Source of the DNA: Podarcis melisellensis
Taxonomy: Eukaryota
Reading direction: 5' to 3' (one strand)
Assembly: GCA_964234715.1 (NCBI GenBank)
Contig: OZ174277.1
Length of the DNA stretch: 64,000 nt
A program made the position numbers and the translations under genes. Positions 12,178 to 24,408 of the stretch are shown piece by piece. Under the pieces are notes generated by a model. It ran no database searches and was not told where the DNA came from. It worked only from the letters and a program-made list of their open reading frames with translations. Every line of letters starts with the position of its first letter. The first letter of the stretch is position 1.

Positions 12178-12518
12178 AGGTCCCCTGACCATTAGGTCCA
12201 GTCGCGGACGACTCTGGGGTTGCGGCGCTCATTTCGCTTTACTGGCCGAGGGAGCCGGCATACAGCTTCCAGGTCATGTGGCCAGCATGACTAAGCCGCT
12301 TCTGGCAAACCAGAGCAGTGCACGGAAACACCATTTACCTTGCCGCCAGATCGGTACCTATTTATCTACTTGCACTTTGACATGCTTTCGAACTGCTAGG
12401 TTGGCAGGAGCTGGGACCCAGCACCAGGAGCTCACCCCGTCGCGGGGATTCGAACTGCCGACCTTCTGATCGGCAAGTCCTAGGCTCTGTGGTTTAGACC
12501 ACAGCATCACCCGCGTCC
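12178..12518 (+). mobile_element. Sauria SINE (Squam1), near full length, inserted in the CR1 tail
   Basis: Diagnostic ggtcatgtggccagcatgactaagccgc, acctatttatctacttgcac and ggattcgaactgccgacc segments; 12-bp TSD CTTGTGTTCTTA at 12166-12177 and 12519-12530. Confidence 0.92.
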
Positions 12519-12739
12519 CTTGTGTTCTTACTTCTCCTTTATTACAGCAGTGCAGCTTTGCCCATAGCTAAGACTGGCAAAGGCATGGCATTCAGAAATA
12601 TGAACCTATGAAGAGCTATTACACAATACACAATTCTGCATGGAAGGCATCAGGATCATATTCAAGTAATTTTTTGCCAGAGTAGATGCACTGAAATAAA
12701 TGGCCACGGCTGCTCCTAAAAGGTGTGAGCCTCCTCAAC

Positions 12740-13396
12740 ATTCTCACTGGGGTATCAGGTGGCCTAGGAGTGTCTTTTTCCAGCTCCAGCTGGTTTGCCA
12801 CCTATGGCCATTTTTAGATACAAATGACTTGGCCACTGTACTCCATGCTCTGGTAACTTCCAAATTATTACAGTCATACCTCATGTTACATCTGCTTCAT
12901 GTTACATTCTTTCAGGTTACGTCCCGGAAGTACCGGAAAGGGTTACTTCCAGGTTTCGCCACTCGCGCATGCGCAGAAGCGCAAAATGACGTCACGCGCA
13001 TGCACAGAAGCAGCGAATCGCAACCCGCGCATGTACAGATGCACCACTGCGGGTTGCGCTCTTTTCATGTCACGAATGGGCCTCTGGAACAGATCCCGTT
13101 CGTAACCAGAGGTACCACTGTATTATAATGTAGTCTACATGGAGCTGGCCTTGAAGATGACTTGAAGACGCCAATTGGTCAAAAATGCAGCTGCCTAACT
13201 AACCAATGCAGTTGGCTGGGGTTCTACTCAGAACACATATAACCCTTGTTTTAAAACCGCTGCATTGGTTGGCAGTTTCCAGGCCCAAATCAAAGTACTC
13301 ACAATAGTGTTTGTCAATGTCAGTTTTGCAAACAGTTTTAAGCTGCATTTTAAAGTGTTGTAATCCACCCTGGGGCCTTAGGGTGAAGAGTGAGTA

Positions 13397-13438
<42 letters not shown>
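12740..13438 (+). mobile_element. Degenerate L2 LINE 3' fragment ending in (AAT)14, interrupted by a MITE
   Basis: Translation DLATVLHALVTSKL continues after the MITE into ...VQNAAA...LHWL-like sequence; (AAT)n tail 13397-13438. Confidence 0.7.
12871..13120. mobile_element. Tc1/mariner-type MITE, CpG-rich variant
   Basis: CAGTCATACCTC...GAGGTACCACTG TIRs, TA duplication at 12869-12870 and 13121-13122. Confidence 0.85.
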
Positions 13439-13439
<1 letters not shown>

Positions 13440-14423
13440 TCATCTTCAGTCCTTTAAATTCAATGGGTCTGCTTTGAGTGTTAGTTGAATACAAAGAATC
13501 TCACTGTTATCCATAAATAGATAAGTCATATTAGCTGCATCTTTCCAGCATGAACACTGTATGCCCATGCAGCAAAACCACCACGTGTAGGATTGTCATG
13601 TTACAATGCCTTAAATCACTTACAAGCTTCATGATAAGTCCTTCGCAATGCCTAGCATGAGGAACACAAAGTGAGTGCAAGATTCAAACCTATTATTAAG
13701 CAGGGAGACATCCTGCGTGCTCCACTCCTAAGTATACTACTTGGAACTAAGTTCCACTGAAAGCAGAGTGAACTATCAGTATGTTTAGAGACAGTATGCA
13801 GGAGTGTGTGCCTTCCAGGCTTTCAATTCTAGTTACATTCACTCAAAACCATTATAACTCTTTGTTTGCAATGCCAGATTGTAGTGCCTTATGCCCTACT
13901 TTTTAACTAACTCTAAATACCCAACTGGAAACAAGGATTGGAGACCACAGGTTTAATCACAGAGCAGGAAATGGAGCAAGAGTGTAACTTTGCAAAACTT
14001 TGGTAGCCAGTGCTGTGGTCACAAAACCATTGCGGAGGCAGTATTTCACGTGAACCTCTGATCCCGTCCTCATTCCACCATTTCCCTCCCTGTGTTTTTG
14101 GGAAAGGGGGAAACCTTATACCTTCTTTGGTAGGAACTGTTATTACTATTTATCAGGAGCCATTCTTACAACCTACTTGGGTACCAGGTCAGTATCTAAA
14201 ACTGCTTGGGCCCTTAAGGTCAGTTTTTCTTGTCAGCTGCTTTGGAAATCTCTGCTAGAACTTCTCCAAAGAACACACACGCTAATAGTTCTCTTGACAA
14301 CATACAATTCTTCCTTTGTTTTCCTCTTCAGAAACATCCCCCCCACGATTCCCCCCCCTTCCCGCCATGCCTGCAGTTTCTAAAATAATTCATGGTCTCC
14401 ATATCATGTGCATAGTGTAGAGT

Positions 14424-14635
14424 CAATGTGGTGCAGTAGTGGTTTGAGTTTTGGACTGGGGCCTGGGAGACCAGGGTTCAAATCCCCACACAGCCCACAC
14501 AAAACTCACCGGGGCAGTCACTGTCTCTCATCCTAACCCATCTCACAGGTTTGTTCTGAAGATGAAATGGGGTCAGGGAGCAGTGTCGGCCACCTTGAGC
14601 TCCTTGGAAGACAGTGGGAGAGGAATAAACAAATA
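14424..14635 (+). mobile_element. tRNA-derived SINE (Squam3/MIR-like); partial copy near 50825-50940
   Basis: A-box/B-box head (tggtgcagtagtgg...GGTTCAAATCCC), then cagtcactgtctctca.cctaacc.atctcacagg body and ccttgagctccttggaa tail. Confidence 0.7.
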
Positions 14636-15908
14636 ACATCTGACTCCAAAGGGGATCCTATTGCTGACAAAGAATCTCAACACTAGTTCTACATGCACAA
14701 AACAGCTTTGTGTTTTTTATATTTCACTCAGCCACACATATGAGTAGTATTCAGTCATGTGGGTAGACACAGATCTAGACTTTCAGAAACTGCAGAACAC
14801 TTTCACTTAGCACTCTTGCTTTAGTAGCATGAGAAGTCATGTTTGAAGCTATTTTATAAATATTTATTTATAAATATTTGTCACTTTTGGATATGAATGG
14901 ATATGAATGTTCAAAGGAATAAGGAATGTTCACAAGTACTAATAAAAGTGATTGGTAGATATGTGCCTGTCTATCTCATGTTTGTTGGTTGCCTTTCTCT
15001 TTCAATTTGTACATGGTCTTTAGGGTGCAGTGTTTCATTGATTAATATCACTTCATAAACTTTTGATCAAGTAAAAGGTGTCCCAAATTGATTCGACTGT
15101 TTATTTTTTTAAAGTTAATTATTTTTAATGTAGGTACTTAAATAAAGGTATTTAAAAACTTCAGATGACAGACACCATCATTGAAGATGCCTATTCCATT
15201 TTTAACACACTGGAAGGGACCTCTCTTACAGATGTGCCTGCTATGCTACACATAAAAAGAATGTGCTTGTCAAAATGATGGTTAATTGGTTAAATTGCCC
15301 CTCCCCCCCAAAAATATAGTCTGCTCCCCCCCCCCCAAGATCTGAGGGACAGTGGACCGGCCCCCTGCTGAAAACGTTTGTTGACTCCTGATTTAGGTCA
15401 TGCATTTCCTGCAGAACCATGGAAGGAAATATATTGCAGTTGGATTCCAGATTATGTTTGTACTTGAAAGATTGTGCCTACAGGTCTGTTGCTAACAAAG
15501 CTGCAATCCTAACCACACTTAACTGGGAGTAAATCCCATTGAATTAGATTTGTCTTACTTCTAGGATTAGAAATTAGGATTGAATTACAAGTGGCTTTGA
15601 GCAGTTGCAGCTCTTAGTTGTCTGTTCCATAACTTTGTGTATTTATTTTCTCATATGTTATTTGTACCTGGCATTAGTGTTACTAGTGGTTTCTCTGCAT
15701 TCAAAAATGCAAGCGCTAAAATGTAAGGCATGATTAGCATCCTAAAAGATAATTTTAACAATGAGTCATTGGCTGTCAAAAGAGCTTGAAGAGCTTATGG
15801 TCCAACTCTGTGAACAAGGGTATGATACTTGAAACCCTTACATTCTGAAATTTCTTCTTCTTGTTATCCCACCCTTCCTCTCAAGGAGCACAGGATGGTG
15901 CACAGCAT

Positions 15909-15983
15909 TACAATACAATACAATACAATACAATACAATACAATACAATACAATACAATACAATACAATACAATACAATACAA
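15909..15983 (+). repeat. (TACAA)15 microsatellite
   Basis: Perfect pentanucleotide tandem array. Confidence 0.98.
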
Positions 15984-16350
15984 ATGTTTAAGAAAATGTC
16001 AGTTATAATGACTAGAAGAATAGCAGTGTCACAATATAACTATCAATAGTACAAATGCACCATAACATAGCTTTAAATAATAGCACAATATCGGCAAGCA
16101 GTCTGGTCTATATTATGTGCCCCGAACCCAGGTGAATAAGCATATCTTTACTTGACAATGTGGGAGCTAGCTGTATTTTCCCAGGGTGAGAATTCCATGT
16201 GGTGCCACCACCAAGAGAGCCCTGTTTCTCATCATCATATCCTAGGTATGTGATCACAAGTAGGGCTTCCTCACAAGAACTTAGAGCATAGGTTGGCTGG
16301 TACTGCGGGAGGTGCTCTTTCAAGTACTTGGGTCCTAAGCTTTTAGTAAT

Positions 16351-16738
16351 GTTGTTTAGTCGTTTAGTCGTGTCTGACTCTTCGTGACCCCATGGACCAG
16401 AGCACGCCACATACTCCTGTCTTCCACTGCCTCCCACAGTTTGGTCAGACTCATGTTTGTAGCTTCGAGAACACTGTCCAACCATCTCGTCCCCTGTCGT
16501 CCCCTTCTTCTTGTGCCCTCAATCTTTCCCAACATCAGGGTCTTTTCCAGGGAGTCTTCTCTTCTCATGAGGTGGCCAAAGTATTAGTACCTCAACTTCA
16601 CGATCTGTCCTTCCAGTGAGCACTCAGGGCTGATTTCCTTAAGAATGGATACGTTTGATCTTCTTGCAGTCCATGGGACTCTCAAGAGTCTCCTCAAGCA
16701 CCATAATTCAAAAGCATCAATTCTTCGGCGATCAGCCG
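16351..16738 (-). mobile_element. 5'-truncated BovB LINE 3' end, young insertion
   Basis: Minus-strand ORF MRREDSLEKTLMLGKIEGTRRRGRQGTRWLD is the BovB RT C-terminus; perfect 14-bp TSD AAGCTTTTAGTAAT at 16337-16350 and 16739-16752. Confidence 0.93.
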
Positions 16739-16951
16739 AAGCTTTTAGTAATATGCCTATCTAAACTACAAACATAAACCAGTTTCACACTTATTTAACT
16801 CTTTGGGCTTTTAGTTGAGAAATCCAGGAAACAATAATTTAACAAAGTGCTAAGGATTCTAATACTTTTTGTCACATTTTTATATCTAATATAATTCTCA
16901 AGGGTATGGAGTTGGGGCAGCCGCAACAGTTGAACTGTCTTTCAGGTTGGT

Positions 16952-17001
<50 letters not shown>

Positions 17002-17790
17002 TTTTATTTATATCCCGCCTTCCCCAGCTGAAGCCGGGCTCAGGGCGGCTAACAACACTAAAACAGTGCAACATTATAAAAACATTATAAAAATTAATTA
17101 AAATCAAAATTGATGGCAACCATAAACTAAAGTTTTGTAAAGATTGCCAAAGGAGGGAGTCAGGCTGCGCCCTGACCAAAGGCCTGGTGGAACAGCTCTG
17201 TCTTGCAGGCCCTGCGGAAAGATGTCAAGTCCTGCAGGGCCCTTGTCTCTTGTGACAGAGCATTCCACCAGGTTGGAGCCGCAGCCGAAAAAGCCCTGGC
17301 TCTAGTTGAGGCCAGCCTAACCTCTCTGTGGCCTAGGACCTTCAAGATGTTTTTATTTGAAGACCGTAAGTTTCTCTGTGGGGCATACCAGGAGAGGCGG
17401 TCCCGTAGGTACGAGGGTCCTAGGCCGTATAGGGCTTTGAAGGTTAAAACCAACACCTTAAACCTGATCCTGTACTCCACCGGGAGCCAGTGCAGCTGGT
17501 ATAGCACCGGATGAATGTGATCTCGCAGCAAAGAGCCCGTAAGAAGTCTTGCTGTGGCATTCTGCACCCGCTGGAGTTTCTGGGTCAGTCTCAAGGGCAG
17601 CCCCACGTAGAGCGAGTTACAATAATCCCGTCTGGAGGTGATCGTCGCGTGGATCACAGTGGCTAGGTCAGGGCGAGAGAGGTAAGGAGCCAACTGCTTA
17701 GCTTGGCGGAGGTGAAAAAATGCGGCATTTGATATAGCTGCAATCTGCGCCTCCATGGAGAGGGAGGTATCGAAGATTACACCCAAACTC
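16952..17790 (-). mobile_element. 5'-truncated L2-clade LINE (ORF2 C-terminus intact) with (TAA)n/(TTA)n tail
   Basis: Open frame SLGVIFDTSLSMEAQI...DYCNSLYVGLP...LQRVQNATARLL...HIHPVLYQLHWLPVEYRIRFKVLVLTFKAL, stop at 17160; microsatellite tail 16952-17000. Confidence 0.93.
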
Positions 17791-18639
17791 ACAATGCTAC
17801 TTGCATGTTTGCACTCCATAACTGTGAAAGCATGTGATAATTTGCATGAGCGAAACAACCACCACAGAGCAAGTGTCACAGCCAAACTTTTAATTACCTC
17901 AAGCACAATATTCTCTCCATGTGTACCACTGACATGTTCAATTGTTAGCAATCAAGTGATAACTTGTCAAGTGATAACACACTGAGTGGTGTTTGTGAAT
18001 TGGCTGTATACATGTGTGTGGATGAGTATAGTGTTGAGATGGCAACCTCCATCTCAGACCTATGCTTGCCCATGGTAAGATCTGAAAAGATCCCTGCACA
18101 TACATGGAATATGCACAGCTCTGTTGATGGGGCTCTTTTCAGACCTTACAGCAAATGATCATAGGTTGCAGAGAGGAGGAGCCTTAAAATCTCAGGGCTG
18201 CACTACAAGCAATCATTGTAGCAGTGAAGGAGGACTGAAATTGCCAGTGTGACAGAGCAGCTGTGCAGCAACAGCTTGAGGTTGTTGTGTTGCTCATCTT
18301 GGAACAGCATGCAGAAGTGCCTGTATGGATTCAAAGAATACAGAGTGGGTAGGTGGAGCACACCAATAGTGAAACTAGGGGAAATACACTCAGAAGTTAA
18401 TATAAAACTTGCGTGAGAATTATTTTTCTCTGAAATAAATGTGATGCTGTATTTTACAGTAAATGGACCCATATTTGCACTTTCCTTCTAGATCCTCATT
18501 GAGTCTTGAATGTTCTTTTCACTCTACTAGCTGTTCATTTCTTAAAAATATATTGCTGGCACCCTTTCTGTTTTTCTGTATTGCAGACAAATGTCACCTG
18601 CACTCCAGCTATCTGGACTGATAACAAACTTTCACTAAT

Positions 18640-20685
18640 TGTAAGAAACGTATGTCAGAAAAGATCCAAAACAACAGTGCAGAGTTGCTTTGTGCTTGTT
18701 GGTGCAGCACTTTGGTTTTTTTGATGTTGAGCGATGGTCCAAGCTTTTCGTAAGCTTCTGCAAAGATATTTAGGATAGTTTGGAGGTACACAACCCTGTT
18801 TAACACCTGATCCCACTGCGAATGGTTAACTTTGAAAGCCATTCTTATCTGCAATTGTTGCTGTCATATTATCATGGAGGAGCCGAAGGATGTTCACAAA
18901 TTTATCTGGACAGCCAATTTTCAGAAGGACAGTCCACAGATCATTACGATTTGCAGTGTTGAAGGCATTGGTCAGGTCAATAAATGCCATATACAGGCGT
19001 TGGTTTTGCTTCATTAATGGCTGCATAGGGGGTCTCCACCCCCATCATTCTGCCCGGACACTGAGGTCCAGTGCTGAGGGCCTTCTGGCGGTTCCCTCGC
19101 TGCGAGAAGCCAAGTTACAGGGAACCAGGCAGAGGGCCTTCTTGGTAGTGGGACCCGCCCTGTGGAAAGCCCTCCCACCAGATGTCAAAGAGAAAAACAA
19201 CTACCAGACTTTTAGAAGACGTCTGAAGGCAGCCCTGTTTAGGGAAGCTTTTAATGTTTAACAGACTATTGTATTTTAATATTTTGTTGGAAGCCGTCCA
19301 GAGTGGCTGGGGAAACCCAGCCAGATGGGTGGGGTATAAATAATAAATTATTATTGTTGCTGTTGTTGTTACCAAAGTGCTTTTGCACTCAGCATCTCCC
19401 TGCCTCCCAAATTCCATGCCAGAGCGAGAGTCAAGTACCAAGATGATCTGCGAATGAAGCTCACTCCCTTGCAAGGACAATTCCCCTCAAATCATCCTTG
19501 GTTATCTTCGCTAATGGTCTCCGCTATCATGGGAGCGGCATATATTAAGGCAGACAGGGAGCAGCATCCATTAAGGCAGTCTGCTCTCTGCATTTTTCTT
19601 GAAGCTGTCGAGCAGTGAAAATCATGTCTACTGTCCCCCTACAAGGTCGAAAACCATTTGGGGATTCAGGCAAAGTAGCCTTGGATATTGTTAGGAGATG
19701 GTTTGCTAAGATCATTGCAATAATTTTGCTGGCTGCAGCTAATAAAGAGATGTCTCAATAGTTCCTCAATCCATTCTATCACCTTTTTAAAAGTGATTGA
19801 TAATTTTGCCATCCCTAAAGTCTGCTGGGATCTCCTCTCTCTCCCAGATTTTTTTGAAGAGCTTGTGAAGTTATTGTGCAAGTTCAATTCCGCCCGCTTT
19901 TAGGACATCGGCAGGTATCCCACCAGGTCTGTTGGCTTTGTTGTTTTTCATTTGGTTAATAGCTGTACACAACTCTCCCAGATTTGGAGATACTGCAAAC
20001 TCATCTCTATTTTTTGGGTGGAATTTGTAAGAGGACCTCAGGGCAGCTACAGGGGAGTTGTGGTTAAGGAGATGCTGGTAATGTTCTTTCCAGTGCAGTG
20101 CAATAGCTTATTTATCTTTTAAAAGTGTGGTACCGTCTGTTGAGCGTAGGAGGCATATGCCATGATTTATTGGCCCATAGATGGTCTTTGTGGCTTTAAA
20201 GAAACCCTGTGCATCATGAGTGTTGGCTAAGTGCTGGATCTCTTGCACTTTTTTTTATCCACCAGGTGCTATTTAGTTCTCTGGTTCTTCTTTGAACCTC
20301 AGCCTTAGCATTGCCATAGGTTTTTGTCTTAGTGGCACAGTTTCTATTTCTTTGCCAGATCTGAAAGGCCTTCCTTTTCTTGTCAATAATGCATTCAACC
20401 TCACTGTCATTCTCATCAAACCATTTCTTGGTTTGCTTGTTCATAGGCTGCAATCATGGGTGTTTTTAGCTTGTTCCAGTGTTCCTCGATGTTGTCAGGG
20501 AACTCCAAAAGCAGATGGTCCTTAAGAGTTGTTTGGAAGCAATCCCACTTAATAAGACCTTGAAGGGCTTGAGTGTTCATTTTGTGCCTTGGTTTCCTTC
20601 CTTGAAGCCTGCGTTGAGATATAATCTTGATAGCCATTGTGAAATGTATTAATCAGTGATCTGTCCAGCAGTCGTCAGCACTCTT
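18640..20685 (-). mobile_element. Degenerate RTE-clade LINE ORF fragment (non-BovB), interrupted by an L2 at 19027-19370
   Basis: Minus-strand pieces WFDENDSEVECIIDKKRKAF, LYMAFIDLTNAF...GCPDKFVNILRLLHDNM and FAEAYEKLGPSLNIKKTKVLHQ are RTE RT-region motifs in colinear order. Confidence 0.85.
19027..19370 (+). mobile_element. L2 LINE 3' end inserted in the RTE
   Basis: RTLRSSAEGLLAVPSLRE...RQRAFLVVGPALWKALP...FRRRLKAALFREAF followed by 3'UTR and tatt/gtt tail. Confidence 0.88.
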
Positions 20686-21674
20686 CATACAGGCCTTTCA
20701 GGTCTTAGGGCAGTTCACAGAATAAAATCAGAATATAAAACCACAAAATACATAATCAAAATAAAAACAACAACAACCCAATAACTACTCCCAACACATT
20801 TTAAAAGGGCATAGGGTGCCAATCAAATTTTCTCTTAAAAATCTTCTGAAGATATTCCCTAGTTAGCTAACTATTTCCTTTAGGTTAAAAAAAGAGAGAG
20901 GGTGGGTTGTTTATTTAATTAATGCTAAGTATTCATATCTTATGAATTTTATGCTAACTCTCCTTATCTCTTTTTGTTACTCCTATAATGATTTTACATT
21001 CTGGGTTATGTTGGTTTCTGTATCCGTCTTACTTTAATGTTTTATGACTACTTGTTTCCCATATGATTTGGGGGAGAAATTACCTCTTTCTTTTCCTAAT
21101 CATGTTTTCACTTGTTCTCGCAAATGACTGCCAGGTTTATAATGAAGGCTGTGTGTGGCTGTGTGTGCGTGCATCTGTTCCTTTTCCTCATGGCCTAGTG
21201 TTGGGTTCTCCAGGTCTTTCTTTCTATGAAAAGTGGGCCATCTACTGTTGGTTTCAAGTATGGGCTTTAAATTGATATTAGTACGGCAAGCACAAGGAAA
21301 GAATCAGATTGTGTATACAGACACTAAACATGCAGCGTACATTATTGAAAGGAATGTGCTGAGCATATTTACTTTTTTGATATATTCCCGCCCCCAGCTC
21401 GGTATTTTGTTTTGAAGGAGAATTTAACACTTGCAAATTCAATAGACCCGATGACCTGCCTTTACTAACCTAAAAATATCCAGCTTAAAATAAAGATATT
21501 ATGGAAGGCTGCATCGTAAATCTTCCAGAATGATGTAAAAACTCCTGTGAGAGCTGGCTTTCATTAAGCAAAATTCAGATGGGGCAAATTAGTTGTAATT
21601 AACTGTATTTTATATGTTAGTAGATATTGTATCCTATACTTACACTTGAGCACAGATCTATCTCTTATGTGCAC

Positions 21675-21705
21675 TATGTATGTATGTATGTATGTATGTA
21701 TGTAT
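21675..21705 (+). repeat. (TATG)n microsatellite
   Basis: About 7.5 tandem copies. Confidence 0.9.
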
Positions 21706-22519
21706 CACCCTATGAACAAACCTTGAGAATGTAAGAATAGACTTCCCCATTGAAATCAATGAGGAAAGTATTCTAGTCATCTACTGGCTAGAAAAGATAG
21801 CTGGATTGGGATATATATTTGCTTTTGCTAATTTTCTCTGGGGAAGTGGCAGGATACAAATCAATCTATCTTCATTTGTATTTTTTTAAAAAAAAAACCT
21901 CTCATGGCATAGGGCACAAGAAGGTTTGCTTACAGCTTGATAAAAGTAGTTAATTTTCAATTTATAGCCATTTATCTAGCAGGTTCATCTGTTTCAACAT
22001 GATTATCAAGTGATTGCTTTAAAAACTGCATCCTAGAATTCTGCAATTTTGACTCGTCTGCATCTACTGAGTCATATCTAGACCTATCTAGTGAACTGAG
22101 AAAAACATGCCTAATAATGCCAGTGATAACCAGCCAATGTCAATGTAGACATTCTGCCCTTTGCTCGTTATTATGAATCACCTACTTCTGATTTTTGAAT
22201 TATTAACTGTAAAGGTGATGCCCAGGAAGGAACAGTCCAGCTAGTTTTTCTAATTTCTGTACTAGAGTGTCATAGCTTGTCTTCCGAGTACTTGTTTTGA
22301 CTTGTATTGGATGTGGTCATGATCAGTGGAAAAAATGACAGTATTCCCCCACTCCCCGCTTGAAAATAATTCAAAGCCTCAGGGGGTTTGTATGTGCCTG
22401 CATGCGTGTCTTAAATATAAAGCAAATGCATCTGTAACCAACAACAACAAAAAGGCTTTGTTTCAAGTGGAATATATAAAATATTGAAGTACTTTTTAAA
22501 GACATACAGCTGAAAATTA

Positions 22520-22868
22520 AAAGGTAAAAAGGTAAAGGTACAGGACCCCTGGATGGTTAAGTCCGAGGGAGCTGGCATTTGTCCACAAACAGCTTTCCAG
22601 GTCATGTGGTCAGCATGACTAAACCACTTCTGGTGCAACAGGACACCGTGACGAGTGCCAGAGCGCATGGAAATGCCCTTTACCTTCCTGCCATAGCGGT
22701 ACCTATTTATCTACTTGCACTGATATGCTTTTGAACTGCAAGGTTGGCAGAAACTGGGACAGAGCAACGTGAGCTCACCCCATTGCATGGATTTGAACCG
22801 CTGACCTTCCAATCGGCCGCAAGACCAAGAGGCTCAGTGGTTTAGACCACAGCACCACCCGCGCACCA
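22520..22868 (+). mobile_element. Sauria SINE, older copy with internal deletion
   Basis: (AAAGGT)n head, ggtcatgtggtcagcatgact, acctatttatctacttgcac; degenerate TSD AGCTGAAAATTAAA / AGCTGAACAGTAAA. Confidence 0.88.
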
Positions 22869-24068
22869 TAAGCTGAACAGTAAATTTATATTCATTCACG
22901 TTTTCTCTAAGTGATTTATTGACTTCAAGATTACATAGTACAGTTATTCTGGCCTTGACTGTCATTCAAAGAAATAATTATCACCTTTGGGGCTTGTAGC
23001 CTAACTAAAACCATGATCCAAAGAAGGAAATGGCATGGAAGAGAATGCAATTTCTAGCTGAGATTTGCCTGGGCTACTCAATAGTTCTCAATGCCAAAGA
23101 AACAGATGACTATTCTGTTTCAAAAGAAGCTAGACTTCAGTAGGAGAAACTGCTGCAGCTACAACCATATATACAATTCCAGCTGTGTGTACTTTCATGT
23201 ATATTCATCTCTTACTTGGGTTATGGCCATTGTGCTTTGACTTTATGAAATTAATTAGTTGATTGACATTCAGGGGTGTTGCTTCCAGGTGGATAAATGC
23301 AGCTAGTTTCTTATTTTGTGCTGTAACTGTATTTTTATATCTCTTGTGCTTATCTGTATTATGGTGAATTTTATGCTTTCAGCTGTAATTCATGACTGTT
23401 GTAAAACTGAGAGTAGTCATTTCACCCAAAACACAGCCTAGAAATGTAACAAACAAATAATGCCAGGACCAGGCACCCTCAATGATATGGGGCATAAAGG
23501 AGACAAACTTATTACACTCTGAAGTTAATGGAAGTACTTCACGGAAAAGTGCCTCTGGGTTGCGTATGGGAGCCATTCATGCTGTGATTCATCACGGTTG
23601 TGTCATCTTTTTTAATAATGATTTTTAAAACTGCAGTTAAAGGGAAGAGATGGTGTTTTACTCCTTGCACATAAGTGATCAGCCTAGCTGGTTGCACCTT
23701 TAAAAGTTTGCTCTCATTTTAAGAGCTCTTCCCTGTAAGAGAATGTGACTAGCACAGTAATCTCTTTAGATCGAGAATGAACTTTTGTAAGTGTGCCAAC
23801 TTTATACAAGCAAATGTGGCAAATGAAAAATCCCCTTTAACATTGTCACATCCTGGTGGGGGCTGCCAGCTGCTTCCAAGTTCCCATGCGTCTCACTGCT
23901 GGACTATTCACACCCTTATCAATGAATCAACGTTCTGTTCATTGAGCCTAAATGAGCAGAATTATGATGTGCATATTCGGCCAAAGCACCTGACCCTTGG
24001 GTGACACGTCCGTCACACACTACGTTTATTCAGGCATCTTATCTAAGAATGCAGGAGTCTGCCTTATA

Positions 24069-24408
24069 CAGTGGTGCCTCGCAAGACGAAATTAATCCGT
24101 TCCGTGAGGCTCTTCGTATAGCGTTTTTTTCGTCTTGCGAAGCAAGCCCATTGACAGCTTAGCGGATTAGCACTACAGCTGTCAAGCGGCTTCCAGCGAT
24201 CAGCTGTTAAGCGGCTTATCAGCGGAACAGCTAATAAGCGGCTTAGCGGCTTAAGAAAAGGGCGAAAAAAGCGAGAGAAAAACGCGGGGGGATGCAAGAT
24301 TTTTTTCGTCTTGCGAAGCAACCCCATAGGGGAATTCGTTTTGCGAAGCGCCTCCAAAACGGAAAACCCTTTCGTCTAGCGGGTTTTTCGTCTTGCGGGG
24401 CACCACTG
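24069..24408. mobile_element. Tc1/mariner-type MITE, family B
   Basis: TIR CAGTGGTGCC(T/C)CGCAAGACGAA, TA TSD; near-identical reverse-oriented copy at 52813-53168. Confidence 0.9.

Noticed and set aside
15909-15983. CRISPR-like or coding (YNTIQ)n repeat
   Set aside because: Plain (TACAA)n microsatellite with no spacers, in a vertebrate genome.
17160-17951. 263-aa ORF as a host gene
   Set aside because: It is the C-terminus of L2 LINE ORF2, extended by chance into flanking DNA; 5'-truncated and non-autonomous.
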